Origin: Bugula neritina
Lineage: Eukaryota; Animalia; Bryozoa
Length of the DNA stretch: 64,000 nucleotides
Assembly (NCBI GenBank): GCA_964035545.1
Contig: OZ037769.1
Location: 16,398,633-16,462,632, forward strand
Direction: 5' to 3'
The notes beneath the pieces were generated by a model, which saw only the letters and a list, made by a program, of their open reading frames with translations, had not been told where the DNA came from and searched no databases. Below are positions 40,175 to 54,445 of this stretch, one piece after another. The translations under genes were made by a program, and so were the position numbers. Numbering within the stretch: the first letter of the stretch is position 1; each line of letters opens with the position of its first letter.

Positions 40175-43100
40175 CTACTTTAGAGTGTGACTCCAGTTGA
40201 TGGGGGTGTAGCGTAACGCCTCGTTCTCAAACTTGTTGTCTTGCTGAATTTGATATAGTTTTCTGGCCCAACCTTCTTCCATTAGCTACAATAAAAACCA
40301 ATTTTATAGATGAATAACAATCAACAAACCATATAATAAAATAAATAATAATAATAAATAATGATCAATATAGAGTAATAATAAAAAACAAAAATATATG
40401 AATATATATAACCATGAGTGTGAGTTTGGGTACAGTGAGTTAGGGGGCGTAGCAGTGACCCACCGTCTTATTGTGGTCTCTGTACTGCATAAGGTACATA
40501 GTCTTGTTCCTATGATCCACGGAGTCTCTGTACAGACAGTCATTGTCGTATGCTATGGACGTCTGACTCTCCTTTGAGTTCTCCACCCACGAGTTCTTCT
40601 TGCTCGCCCAGTAGTCACTCATCTGCTGCTTCAGCGTCTCTCTCGTCCTCTTCCTGTCAGACAGCACACATTACATAATAACCTGCTGGCAGCATGCATT
40701 ACTATGCTGGCAGCATTAGACCAATCAGCAGCGTAAAGAGTCTAACCACTTATACCACACATCAAGTAACGGCTTTTTAAAACTTCGCTTTAATTTTTGT
40801 TTCTCAAGGAATAGAAATACTTTAGATGGAGCAGTTTATAGTTGCTGGCTTATCACAACATTCATGCTCCAGGTCATAGGTTCAAATCCCATAAAAGATG
40901 CTTCTGATGTCAGGAAGGGCACCTGATCAAGGTTGCTGACATGACGTGAAGCACATGTAAATTTTTATTATTAGTATTCTTGCAGAGATAGAGCCAGCTT
41001 ATAGCTCACACAGTGTGATATACAACATGACTATTGTGCTGAATAATTTTAGTAGTTGTCTATGCATCTAACAAGGATGTTCACCACTAATTGGTTTTAC
41101 TTGCACTAGTCTGTGCAACTACTGAGAATTATCTGCTCCTTGCAAATACAAATTAAATGTATATCTTCCATTCAGTGAACTCAAAATTAATTGTCAAGGA
41201 ATCTAAATCCTTGCACTTGGTACAAATTCAAACTGCTCCAACTTTAACAAATGTATAAAATGACTGAATGACATTTCCAGACTCTGCGTGTATTGACAAT
41301 TTTCATGTAGCATTTCCTACAGAATTTGAAAAAATTCTTTCATCAATTAGAAGAAAATATGACAGAAGAATTTTCTCAACAGATTTACATACAAAATTAA
41401 GCCTAGTAGATCTACAAAATGAAAGAAGAGATTTACTCTGACATGGGTTACCTGTAAACAGATAAACAGTTAGGTGGAACAGTTGCAGGTGGCCTAACAG
41501 CCTCTCAGTCAGTTGAGTGAAGTGTTACATAATCACCTCTGACTGAACAACCTTCAAGTTTACTGTAAGTGAAACTTATGAATGCTTTGTATGCAGGAAG
41601 CCAACCAAATAACCTCAACAAGGTTGAGTGGATACTAGTGTTGGACTTCATTAGACCATGACACTGTAGTAAATCAAGCTATTGTCTGCTGCTGTTTTAT
41701 TTATAAGGTACAAAAGTTCAGAAAAATTGCTGCTGCAAGACTTTAAATTTACTTTGAGGATTAGAAAATACTTTGACAGCGAAATTCTTACCTGTAGTCT
41801 TCTTTCTCGGCAGCAGAACCGTAGAAGGCCTTAGACCAAGTTCCGTGATATCTGTACCACTCTCTCTGCTGCATCATGTTACGCCTCCTCTCATTGTGCC
41901 AGTGGGGCTCTATGGTTTCTAGGCTCGTAGTGAGTCGCTGGGGAGGGGGAGGCTGCAAGGGGTTCACACGAGGGGGCACCTTCGCACCTGTCTGTTTCTC
42001 TGTTATGAATGGTGGATAGACGTCGTATGCTGCCCTTTTGTAGGTGTGGGCGTGTGCCCCGTAGTCGTAACTAGTCAGTAATGTCTTGGAGAGATTTGCT
42101 GGAGCGGATTTGTTCCTAGTTGAAGTGTCTACTACCTTTATAATGGTTGGTGATTTATTATACTTGACAGAGGGTGCAGGTGACATGTGTATGGGGGTGC
42201 TTGCAGGTGCTATTTTTGGCAATGACATGCCTATCACAGCTCCGGTGCTCATTTTAGAGTTGCCCTGACTGGGTACCGTCACTTTGCAGAAACCACAGTC
42301 TACAATAAGGAGTAACTATGAGATACTCAGGTTATGTTTAGTCAGCATCTAATGGTGCACCTGCCACAACTTGTCACAAGGTGTCACAAGGTGTCAGACA
42401 AGCACTTCCTGTGTCTAAACAATGGCATACAACAGCTACATCTGATGCCAAACTGTCCATCAAAATGATAAACTAAGATGAGCCAGCTATGTGACAACTT
42501 GTCAACATCTAATAGGAAAAGTTTTCCATGATTAGCCTCAGGAGTTGTCTTACTTTTACAGAGTGATAACTTGGTCACATGACATTAATGTATGATACAG
42601 TACAGACATGAGATGTCTATGGTGAAATACATTTGTTGTTGGATTATAATTTAGGTTGTTTAAAGTCTACTACAGTTTGAGTTATAAAATGCAGTTATTC
42701 ACCAAGTAATCAATTTCACTCAGGAAGACAGAAAATTTTATTTGAAACCGTATCATGATTCACTAAACAAAGGACGCGCAGGTAGACAAATATCACCATC
42801 AAACCAATAGTTTATTGCGTACATAGAATATACTTGAATACTTCAAGTCAATATTTAATCAGCTTCTGATAACAGAATTAAAATCAAATTTGACTAATCT
42901 TGTTTGTGTATTGCTAACTGTGACAATCAATATTTGAACTATTATAATTCTAATAGTCTGGTCTTTGTTTGCCAGGTTTTACAAAAATTTTAATAATTAT
43001 TATTTTAATAAGAAAAGTTACAAACCAATTAAAAAACACTAAAAAAACTTTTTAAATAGAGATTAGGTAACACAAGTTAAAAGATCTTTTCATAAAAATA

Positions 43101-44263
43101 ATTCTAAGCTTTTCAACTGTTCATCACAGCAGCTTTTCTTACTATAATTAAAGTTAATAAGATTTCTACATCCTTGTACAGACTACACAACACAAAATTC
43201 AAAGTGACTGAAGTTAAAACCTTAAGCTAAATCTTGGAATAAGTTTTAAGATATCTAACTTCAAAAATTCGGCCTCTTTCTCATCCAACTAGTAATATGA
43301 TTAGAATGATTGATCAAGTGAAAGCCTTAAAGGTTATACCAACTTCAAACTATTAATAAATTCCTTCATTTCCTGGTAATACGACATTTTATGTACAATT
43401 CATTAAATACAGTGTAACGCGCAGGTCTGTATAATATTCCAGTAGCTTGTGATATGCGATACAAAATTAGTTGGTGTGCAGTATAAATACTTATGGTGTG
43501 CTTACAATGTGTCTTCTTACCGATTGAAACAGTCTGACTATTTCTCTTCTGCACGTAAATTATTTACTGGAAAATCAAAATGCCCCAACAGTTGATGCAT
43601 TGTTAAGTTAATATCACTTGTTAGGGTACCCTTTTATAGTCAAACTGAAAATCATGAAGGTATAAAGGCAACTTTAAACAAATGTTCTGTTTCCCCCAGC
43701 AAATGCTAATAAACATTCTATTCAGCTACAATAGCAAAAAGTTTTAATCCTATTTTTTGGATTGCAGCTATAGCTAGCAACTAATTGTATACTCTTTGTG
43801 ATTGCAAGCTGTTCCAGCCAACCAAAGCATTTTAATAAATTAACTCTCCCCATGTCTATATTACTGGAAAACCTGAAATACCCTATATATAAACATAATA
43901 TATTGCATATATATAATATTATTTATGAAGAAAATTGATTTTACAAAAACTTCAACTGTGCAGCTAGGCTTTTCAAACAATATAGTTTTGAGACCAATTC
44001 TTAACAACTACCCTACCGGTAAAAAACACCCTTTGGAGTATTGTTCAAACCAAATACTACTTTAATGTAAAAATTGAACAAAAGTTATTGAATTACATAA
44101 TTTTTGTTTGCTGTGTAATTAAATTAAAACAACTTGCTTTATGCAGCACTTTCAACAGTTTTTGATGCAACCAGCTATTGAAAAGTAAAGAATTCATTTA
44201 CATTCGACAGAAGTTGCCCCTAGAATGGTTACCTGGTAAATGGAAACCTGGAAATTCAGGCAT
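40175..44263 (-). CDS. Uncharacterised 279-aa protein (Pro/Ser-rich N-half, helical C-half ending PINWSHTLK); candidate ciliary/flagellar protein
   Basis: Exons 44233-44263, 41792-42299, 40464-40653 and 40175-40285 join via GT-AG in one frame (840 nt). No family recognised. Confidence 0.75.
40836..40932 (+). mobile_element. Degenerate tRNA-derived SINE remnant
   Basis: B-box-like GGTTCAAATCC followed by GATGTCAGGAAGGGCACC; no full cloverleaf. Confidence 0.35.
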
Positions 44264-44684
44264 TGCTGCTGTGTGTTTGACAATCCTTCAGTTAGCTAAC
44301 TTGACTCATGAGTCATGCATACAGTATTAAACTTATACTACTACACAGAAAGTGGCAGCTAGATGCAGGTGCTCTATGGTGCTCTATATGTAGAATAACT
44401 GCTTATTATATGATCTGACTGTCCTAACTATTGGATGTAAACTTGAATAGACCTGTCAGTTAAAGATAATAAATATTAGTGGAAGTAGACAAAAGGTGAC
44501 AATAGACTACTTACACAGTGTCCGGGTACAATATTTGTCAACTGGCAGCGGCTTAGTGTGGAGGCAGCACTTTATTTGTTAGGCCATAATATATCTTAAT
44601 ACATGCCCGTCTATAATACACTGATGGATATCTCTAATATGCGTACACAATGAACCCAATAAATTATATTTCGCCCGATGACTG

Positions 44685-44697
44685 GTTGCTAGGAGAC
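44685..44697. promoter_or_regulatory. RFX X-box (GTCTCCTAGCAAC on the minus strand)
   Basis: Fits the X-box pattern (GTNNCC, 1-nt spacer, RGYAAC half-site) about 420 bp upstream of the ATG of the uncharacterised gene. A second X-box-like GTTGCCATGGAGAT lies at 45438-45451. Confidence 0.55.
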
Positions 44698-46648
44698 CGT
44701 TAAACTACTCGTACGCGATATTATACTGATTATGATTTCTTAGCGAATGTTGAAAGAGCACAAAGGTAGCGAATATTTGATAAAAGATTGAATTGAAAAG
44801 GGTCGATATGCTGATATAATATGAAACAATAAAGTGTAACGTAATACAAAACAAAGTTCTGAGTTTAAATTAATCTGTTATGAACAAGTATGTAATAGGG
44901 TAGGTACAACAGGAGTGTATACAGAAAAAGTAGACAAGGGAAAAACCTCAATCATTTACCACCCCACCAGATTTTAATATGCTTTGTTTCAATATTCCAC
45001 AGTTGCTATCATCAACTTTTTTCCTGTGAATATTACTTAAAGTATTGAATTATTAAATATTCATTAAAATTATATAGCAAATATTGATCCGTGAATGTTT
45101 TAGTAGATCCACTCTACAGTCTGTGCAATATTTTATTTCGTGCAACTTTCTAAAAGATATCCAACTCTATACTTTATGTTACTATTCAGGCAGTGTTTAA
45201 TGTAAACAAAGCTGCTAGATTACACACGCTTATCACAACACATGTGCTAACATTCTGGCACCTTTTTGTAAAGTGCAGCATTCATAACTTGGGCAGCGAT
45301 AAGTTATTGTGAGAGCAATGCATACCTCACTTCAGCACAAACATTGTAATTTATTAGTTTGTGCAACACTACAGTATACATGTATACTTTTTATACAGTC
45401 ATGGCATTTTGGCAGGTGTCACAAAGTGAGTGCAAGTGTTGCCATGGAGATACCGTAGGAGTTGTCTCTCTAAAATTATGCTATCCAGGAAATAATTATA
45501 TTGGGCTCAATACAACTGGCCTTTATCTAAGAGTCATATTTTAATATAAGGCCAAGTTGTTGCTCAGTAAAAGTTTCACACATCAACCAAAGAATAATCT
45601 AGAAAATCTTCTCAAAACAACTGATTCATCTGTCACAGTACACTGCGTAACCAGAGAGTTCATAGAATTAAGGCCATGTTTTGGCCCACTGTGAAATTGA
45701 TGAAAGTGATAAACCCTATTAAGCCTAGATCTGAATTTATAGTGTGTGAATTCCCTCTGCATCTATACTAATTATACGAGTTGATATTGTATCATAACAA
45801 GTTCCATACTAATTAATATTGTAATAAAGACATCTGGTTCCCATGAATTTCTCAAGAATAATTTATTATACAATTTCGACATAACAGAGCATTCAGTCAA
45901 CACACAGTAAATCTACAATTATACACACTGACATGCAGTAATAAAGTAATGACCATTTCTACCAACAGATAAAAGATACACTTGACACAGTATAATAGAA
46001 ATTTCAACTTACAAGTAGCAATTAAAGGCTAAGTGTTGGATTAGTTGGTTATACTTTATATCAAGTATCAGAATTGACACTTTCTCTGAAAGGAATGACT
46101 GATGGAAGCAGGTGCTTGGCAAGTGACAAAACAAAAACCACTGTCCTTTATGTAACTGATAGCTTAAGGCTTGTAACAGCATTACTATTTGGGTAGGGAG
46201 TACTCAAATGACACACTACAAGTATAGGCCACGGAACCAGGCTATGGTAAATGTGAGACTGCATAGCAGACAGGTTATAACAGTCTATACAAGTTCCCGA
46301 ATATAATGTCCAGACAAAGTAGTGAATCCACTTTTACTGTTTTTATCATAGACTGAGGCGCTAGCCAAAACAGACAAATGCATGAGTTTCATTTGTATAG
46401 AAAAAGGGTTATAGAGAGAATCGAGTACAACCGAACTCAACAACTCGAACTATGGACATAGACTCGACAATAAAGCTAGGTTCACCTCCATTCGAATATC
46501 ATATATTACAGAAATATAAATTAATTCTACCATAAACTGGTTTCCTATAAAAGTAAAAAGTCACTGATAGTCGGTAAAGAAATTCTCTATAAAAGCCTTA
46601 GAGTTCAAACAGACTGAGCAAAAGATAAGGGGGGGCGTAGCAATCCTG

Positions 46649-49600
46649 TCACCAATTCCTTTGCAGACAGCTAGTGGCAAAGTAGCCCTTCTCTTTCACC
46701 ATCTGATCTCCAATGTGTCTGTATAACTCATCCGCATTGTCAGACGTTTCTACAGCACAGAGTCAATAGGAGAGTAAAGAGAAGGCAACTCTGAACATTA
46801 CAGTATCACTTCATATCCGACTGAAACTCACTGAACAGAAGTTGTAATTGTTAGTAAATATTATTTCCAGCAAATTGTCTTTGAAACTGTAAAATAATTT
46901 TGCCTCCATCGGGATTCGAACCGCAGACTTCTAATTTTCTAGCTAAACATTACACCACAGGGGCAACTGGCTAAATTCAACAATACAGAAACAAATTGAT
47001 TTCAAATTATCATTCTTACAGAAATATTTTTCACCCCAAACCCTGTTTCAAAATCAACCAATCAAAAGGCAGAATAAAACTTCTCTACTAGATCTAATAG
47101 ACTCACTGTCTTCATATAGTGTGAGTTCATCTAAGTTTAGCTTCAGTCTCCGCCCGGCTTCATAGCAGAACGCTTGGGCCAGAAATTTCTACAAATGAAA
47201 CAAACTAGAGCAACTCTTAACTTGCACAACAGAAATAAAGAGAACAACTCCTAATAATTATGCCCCTAAAAAATGATCAAGAGAAGGTAATTTCCAATTG
47301 CTATATGATAAAATTAACACTCAAGAAATAACAATTCCTAACAGATGTATTTGCACCTCATTACTGAAAAGTAGATCAACTTTACTAAATAAACATAGAA
47401 TTAGGGCTATGTTCACTAATAAATTTATTATTCTCAGACTAATGAGGAGTCACCTTACCTCATGTTCATTGTGAGGAAGACCTATAGCAAGTGATCTACT
47501 AGCACGAGATAGCACGGCTGTCATCCCGTATAAATCTATCACCACATCGGTTAGTCTTGCTAAGTGTACCTGTTTGTCCACAACACCCTGGGGGATACAA
47601 TGTGGAGAGGTTAAGAGTTGTCTACCTTTCAGACAACTTAGCATCAGTCTACGAGTGCTACCTAACTATCACAACACAACATCTCACAGAGTGTTTACCT
47701 TCTTGTATACTGATAGAATGAACTGTAAGGCGTGTTTAAACTGTTTGGTATAAGACTCCATAGCTTCTGCCTCTTTCTAAAACAGATAGAATATCTACCT
47801 GTAGTATAACATGTACACACCTGTAGTATAACATGTACACACATATAGTATAACATGTACACACCTGCAGTATAACATGCACACACCTGTAGTGTAGGGT
47901 GTACACACCTGTAGTATAACGTGTACATACCTGTAGTGTAGGATGTACATGCTCATACAACAGCCAAGTGCTCTTCTTAGAATTCTTCTCCTGGTATCTC
48001 TCTCTCAACAGTTTACCAACAAACAGGAAGTTCTTCATCGGGCTGTTGAGTTTACTACAACATACATTATAATATACTTACTATAACTTCACTATGTACT
48101 TACTATTCACTTACTTTACTATGTATTTACTGTAACTTACCTCACTGTATACTTACTATATTATAATTTACTGTATACTAACTATACACTTACTTAAAAC
48201 TACCTTACAATACACTTACCATACTATATATTTACCTGGCTATACACTTACTATAAACTTACTATACACTTACTATAACTTACCTCACTACATCTTTATA
48301 ATAACTTGTGGCGGAGTCAATGCCAGTCAAAGAGACGTACATTCGAAGGATCTCATTGGTTCCTTCAAATATCGGGAGAATTCTGGCGTCACGGAGATAT
48401 CTCTCATACGGGTAGTCCTTCATGTACCCCAGACCACCCAGTATCTGTAGACAGTCACTGACTATCAGCCACGTGTTCTCCGAGCTGTATATCTGGTGGC
48501 AGACAAAACAAGCACCTGTTAGAGTAGAGAAACAACTACTTGCTGCAGCATGTCAAATGTCACCCACTATTAGAGTATTTCCATATATTCAAATATAAAA
48601 CAAACTCTGATTCTATTACTGTACGTCTGCATGGTATAAAATGACTCATCACAGTAGTAAGTTGGTAGTCAGACATAGAACAACGTCAGTCTTGAAAGGA
48701 AGTCAACAACTTTAATCAAAGAACGTTTAGCAACTAAGCCACTCAGCAATAAAACAAACATCCTCCCACCAAAAAGAAGTCAGCGAGATTAGGTCAGCAG
48801 GAAGAGAAAAGAGTCAGCACCTTGACAACGGCAGCCTCAAGGGAGGCGTCAGGTTTCTGGTAACTGTCGATGATGCCGGCAGTCATGTACGACATGGACT
48901 CCATCGCGTATATCGACACGGCCATCTTGGCAAACTTCTGACGAATCAGCTCAAACTCAATGATCTCTTTATCAAACTGTTTACGAGTCATTGCGTGTTC
49001 CATAGTTTGCCCCAGGAGCTTGCGGAGAGCTCCGGCACACGACGTGCCCATGCTGAACCTGCCGCTGTTGAGAATGTTCATAGCGACCTTGAACCCACCG
49101 CCAACCTCTCCTAGGACGTTCTCCACGGGCACCGGAGTGTTGTCAAAGTGCAGTTCACAGGCTAAGAATATAAAGTGAGAAACATGAGTGTCTGAGGGAA
49201 AGCCTGAGTTCTCAAACAAAGAGTTAAAAAAATGTTTCATAAAATTCATACCGTGGGCTGAATGTTGACAATAAGGCTATAGACTAGTGCAAAGTATGCA
49301 GAACATACTAACTGTAAGTTACATAGTTGTTATACTTACACTGTAACTAGGGAGTTGTCTCTACTTACTATTAGATCCCCGAATACCAAGTTTATCTTCT
49401 GGTGGTCCATTGGTTACACCCCCGAACCCCCTCTCTACTATAAATGCTGTGATTTTGTTCTCAACTGTGCCCTGCAAAGTGTGTAGAGGTGGTGAAAGAC
49501 AACTTTAACAGCATCTTGGTAATATTAATACAGAGAGAATACAACTCCAACAGCACAGTATCAAACAGAGATATATAAATTTGAACGGCTGGAATATAAT

Positions 49601-51967
49601 AATATAATTACAATGTCAATAGTACGGGTAGCATACAAGTCAAGACGCGTGACAAGGGAAAGACAAATCTAGCAGTACCTGGGCAGAGTATCAAAATTAA
49701 ATACCAACAACAGCAAGAATAAGGAAATTTGAATAAACAATAAATAAAAAGGTAATCGGCAAAGATTTAGAAATTACAGTGAAACAACTACTTGGAGAAA
49801 CAGCCAACATGTTATGTCTATAGATGAAGATATTTATAGATATAGAGGAAGGTAATTATAAATATAGATTAAGCTAAATATAGATATATATGGATGTATT
49901 TATAGATATAGAAAGAGCTATTTATAGATATGAAGCTATAAATACGCACCAGGTCAGTTTTCACAGGAGTCTTGGCAAACACGGTAAACACGTCGGCCAG
50001 TCCTCCGTTAGATATCCAGATCTTAGACCCGTTGAGTGTGTAGTGCTTCTGGTCTACAGAGAGCGTCGCTGACGTCTGGATAGAGGCAGCGTCACTCCCG
50101 CTGTCACAAGTGAATTATAAACAGCAACCATACAATGCTCATGTTTTAAAGAGCATTAGCAAAGCTAAGTTGAATCAAGTTCTAATTCTTGAAAGAGTCT
50201 GACTGAAAATTTTATTATTTAAATGGCGGAGAGACTCAAGGTGACGCGTCAGTACTGAGTAGCAATGACTCATCAGAATTTAGAGAAACTCAACGAATCA
50301 GCACAGCAAAGTGAACTTTTACATTCCACTTTTTACATCACGACATTGAGAAGAAAACTTCAACATCTCCAAACATGGTTTCTTTTCACTCTAAAAATCA
50401 TGAGTCATACTTCCTCTAGTTGAATATATATAAGGTCACTATGAGGTCAGCATAAGGTCAGCATAAGGTCACTATGAGGTCACCATAAGGTCACTATGAG
50501 GTCACCAACCTGGAGGGCTCTGTGAGACAGAAGGCAGCCAGCTGTTCTCCAGTGGCCAGTCTGGGTAGATACTTTTCCTGCTGTTCCTTAGTACCGGCAA
50601 TGAGTATACCCTACAAGGTGTGATAACTCCCACATTGAGAATACACATGCTGATACTGTCACTATTTAGCATAAACTAAACAGTCATAATAAAATTTTAG
50701 TGCTGACAAAATTTAAATAAATATTCTGATTACTATTAAACTAATAAACAAAATAAATGAAAATATAACAAAAGCTGGAAAGCAATTTTTAGTAGAAATA
50801 GAGTGGGTTTAATTTTATTGTCGCATGACTAATATGTTAACAATATTAAGCTTGTAAGGGGCTAAAATAACAGAGGTGGGATCAGTATAAACTATTCACT
50901 AAAGAGAGAGCAACTCCCACAGTACCTTCAACCCGATAGACTGGTGAGCAGCCAGAGTTACACTCAGAGCTCCATCTCTCCCGGTCACCTCGGCTATCCT
51001 CGCGTACTTAGTGGCGTTGAGATTCAAACCTCCTGTTTTGAATAGAGATATGACTATACTACATTAGAGCCAGTATAGGGTTTAGCAACTATACATTGCA
51101 GTAAGTGTATATTGTTGTAGTAAGTGTATAATATAGTAGTAATCATGTAGTAGTAAGTATATATAGTAGTAAGTAAGTATATATGTTATAGTAAGTACAT
51201 GCTGTAGTAAATGTATATTATAGTAAGCAAGTATATGTCACAGTAAGTACATATTATAATAAGTAAATATTATAGTAAATACATGGAGTAGTAAGTACTA
51301 AGTATATTTTATGGTAAGTATATATTACAGTAAGTACATGTTGCAGTAAGTAAACACACACCATACTCCTCTGGAATCTGCAGGCCAAACAGTCCAAGAG
51401 ATTTCATCACATCCAAAACATCTGCTGGTATTTTAGCCTCTCTGTCGATTGAAGTTGAATCAACTAAAACAATTCAGACAACAATTGTTAGCACAGCTAC
51501 ACCAGCTACATTTAATGCTTCACCTGACTCAACGAACACTAAAGTTGTATCAAGGTATGTAGTTATCAACTCACGATTGTCAAAGAACCTTTCAATAGGC
51601 TCCACCATGGCTTCCAACTCTGCCAGCTCCTCTTTCTCGCACACCTCTGGGAATATTAGCATCGTCTGCAAAAAAGGAAGAAGTTTCATAGGTTACTAGA
51701 AAACTTCTCAATAGTTTGAAGGAGACTAGTCAGTGTTTTTCGAACGTTTACCTCATCATAACTTCCTCTAAACAGAGATTTTATAAAAGGAGTATTTTCC
51801 ACAGGACGTTTGTCAAACTCTTTTTCAACAAACACTTGATTTGCTTTGGCAGGTTTATTCATGTCTGGCATGAGGCGTCTGCACAAAGCGGCACGAGTGC
51901 TGAAACAGGAAATGGCTGTCCGAGAAGATGAGAGTATTTGCAGCCTCCATAGCTTTCCCAACATCAT
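46649..51967 (-). CDS. ACAD9: Acyl-CoA dehydrogenase family member 9 / complex I assembly factor, mitochondrial (~14 coding exons)
   Basis: Basic presequence; [84 protein letters not shown] (catalytic Glu) and AVLSRASRS. These ACAD9-type residues favour ACAD9 over ACADVL. Confidence 0.9.
46902..46964 (-). mobile_element. tRNA-derived SINE head or tRNA pseudogene in the last ACAD9 intron
   Basis: Minus strand GCCCCTGTGGTGTAATG...GGTTCGAATCCCGATGGAGGC has A- and B-box motifs but no proper anticodon arm. Confidence 0.5.
47795..47950. repeat. 22-bp intronic minisatellite seeded from an ACAD9 exon end
   Basis: Minus-strand units GTGTGTACATGTTATACTACAG mirror the exon end CATGTACATCCTACACTACAG|GT. 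Confidence 0.85.
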
Positions 51968-52399
51968 CACTTGTGTGTCACAGTTACTGTAAAAATAATA
52001 TCCCACTGATTAGTAATGCACAAATTTAAACAAACTGGAATAATTTGAAATCCTATAGCTACAATATATTGGATTATTATATTCCAATTATTTGAAAAAA
52101 AATTCCATAAAGAATGCCTATTTATAGTAGCGAGTTGAAGGCATAAAATTTGATACTATATATTAGAATATTGATACAAATATTAGAACTGCATTACGCC
52201 ACTAGCAATGGTAAAGATGACGTTTCACCTAGATGGAGCGTAGATAAAGTAGTACTAATACTAGAGTAAAAGACAGAGACGTTTGACTTCATGAATCTAA
52301 AATAAAAATCAATTTGAAAATGAAAATCATCATGGTACTCATAATAATAATGATAATCACCAGCATCACCATGATGATCACGATCAACCATCATCACCA

Positions 52400-53735
52400 T
52401 CACGACCAACACGGCTTCCGCCAGGGCTTGTCCTGCGAGACCCAATTATGCGCCACTCTCCATCAGATACTGAACTATGTCGATAAACACAAGGCTGTTC
52501 ACGCAGCAGTCCTAGATTTTACAAAAGCATTTGACCGGGTCCCCCATGCCCTTCTAATGGAGAAACTACGAACAATTGCACCAATGGAAGACTATCTGCT
52601 CGGATGGGTACACAACTTCCTCCTAAACCGATCTCAGAGGGTCGTACTCGATGGCAACCACTGCCAGTGACGTCTGGGGTACCTCAGGGCTCTGTACTCG
52701 GCCCCATACTGTTTCTCGTGTTCATAAATGATCTCCCTGACTGTGTTGATTGTGAAGTTGGTCTCTTCGCAGATGACACCCTCCTCTACCAGCCTGTCTC
52801 AGATGACCAAGACAGACTAAGGTTTCAAAGGAACATAGATGCAGCAGGAAGTTGGGCTTCAAAGTGGGGTATGGAGTTCAATGTTAAAAAGAGCAAAATT
52901 ATGGCATTCAAAGAGCAAGATATACCAGCACACTACACGTTAAATGGCACAGTTCTAGAACAGGTGGACAAATCAACATACCTCGGAGTGACTCTACAGG
53001 CCAACCTGAAGTTTGATAATCATATCCAGAGCAAAATATTGCTAGCAAACAAACAACTGGGGATGATCAAAAGGGCTTTGCACTGGGCACCCGAAAAAGT
53101 GAGACTCATGGCTTACAAATCCCTATGCCTTCCTCACCTAGACTATGCTTCTGCTGTTTGGGACCCCTATACTACAAAAGAAATAAATTCCATCGAAGAG
53201 GTACAAACACGGGCAGTAAGAGCCATAGCTAACATCAAGGGTAGAAGAGGAGTGCGAGAAGCAAAAGAAAGACTGGAGCTGGCCGCCCTCGATGAAAGAA
53301 GAAGAACTCAACGGCTAAGACTCCTTATGAGGATACCCTAAAAGGAAGAATATCACCCAGCACTCTCTGCAGCGTATGACGAACTAATAAATACCCCGGA
53401 AAGTTTTATCCAAACTAGGGCCCAAACACTAGGACAGCCAAGATCAGTCAGCACCAATAATAACTGCTATTATAACAGCTTCTTGCCACGAACAATCCGT
53501 GACCTTAAAGGGAACAATCCTTGCAAGACTAATTTACACACAGAATAATCTAAACATTGACAGGTTAACTTACCTGTACTAATAAACAATATTGCAACAC
53601 ACACTGCAACCAATTTATGGACTATTGTATGCATTTTACTTTCTGACCAACCATAAACATATGAGGCATGCCGCTTCTGCTACCTAGCGGTCTAGCATGA
53701 TCGTAATCTGGAGGTAACTGGAGGTAACCAAGAGC
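52400..53735 (+). mobile_element. 5'-truncated non-LTR retrotransposon (CR1/L2-group RT), inactive
   Basis: QHGFRQGLSCETQL, LDFTKAFDRVPH, SGVPQGSVLGPILFLVFINDL, LFADD, YLGV and NSFLPRTIRD. Frameshift at ~52660 and premature stop at 53339-53341. Ends near a short CTGGAGGTAA direct repeat; boundaries approximate. Confidence 0.9.
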
Positions 53736-54369
53736 CAGAGGCAGGTTCAACTATCAGCATTCTCATTATGATTTATTGATAATCATGATGATCACATATG
53801 ACATAATGATAATCTCAACTGTACTAATAATATTATTAATAATATATTATTATTATTTATATTAAACTTTTTATTATTATTATTAATATTAATAAAAATT
53901 TAAATATTATTATTATAATTATAAAACATAATTACAATATTAATCGGTGTTCGTGTCGGTTACTGCTACAGTTAGTGTCACACTCCTTAACTGCTTTCCA
54001 TATAAATGCATTAACATAAACATAAAATGAAGATTATTTCAAAATAATTATTATAAGTGTTTTAATGTTAAAAAATGTTTGAAGCATTGCATTTGTTTCA
54101 TTCATGGATAACGAGATCCTGAAATAAAAAAGCCACTGCTCTCAAACAAACTATGCTGTAGAGTTTGGTGAAATGATGTATTGTCATTTTTGCAAACCCG
54201 AACATTGATTGAATAGCACGTTTTGGTTATAGCAGCTTTTTTAGACAGCGAGTCCTTTAAAATACGCTACATATACATTGCCCTCATTCTACGACAGTTG
54301 CAACTTTAGGATTTAGAAGGTCGGTCGTACCCCTCGGTAATTAAAGTTTAGCTAACAAAGCTTCATTAA

Positions 54370-54380
54370 GCCGCCATATT
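54370..54380. promoter_or_regulatory. YY1-type motif GCCGCCATATT in the putative ACAD9/mago bidirectional promoter
   Basis: Match to CCGCCATNTT about 65 bp upstream of the mago ATG. Confidence 0.5.
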
Positions 54381-54445
54381 TTTATTCTGGGCTACTCCTA
54401 GATTAATATTGATTACCGCGGAATTGATTAGATTTAACTGAAAAC

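Noticed and set aside
46902-46964. Functional tRNA gene
   Set aside because: Too short, with no anticodon stem-loop; treated as a SINE head or pseudogene.
52314-52404. His-rich hydrophobic N-terminus fused to the LINE RT
   Set aside because: Flanking (ATC/CAT)-rich low-complexity DNA read in frame by chance, starting from a TTG.
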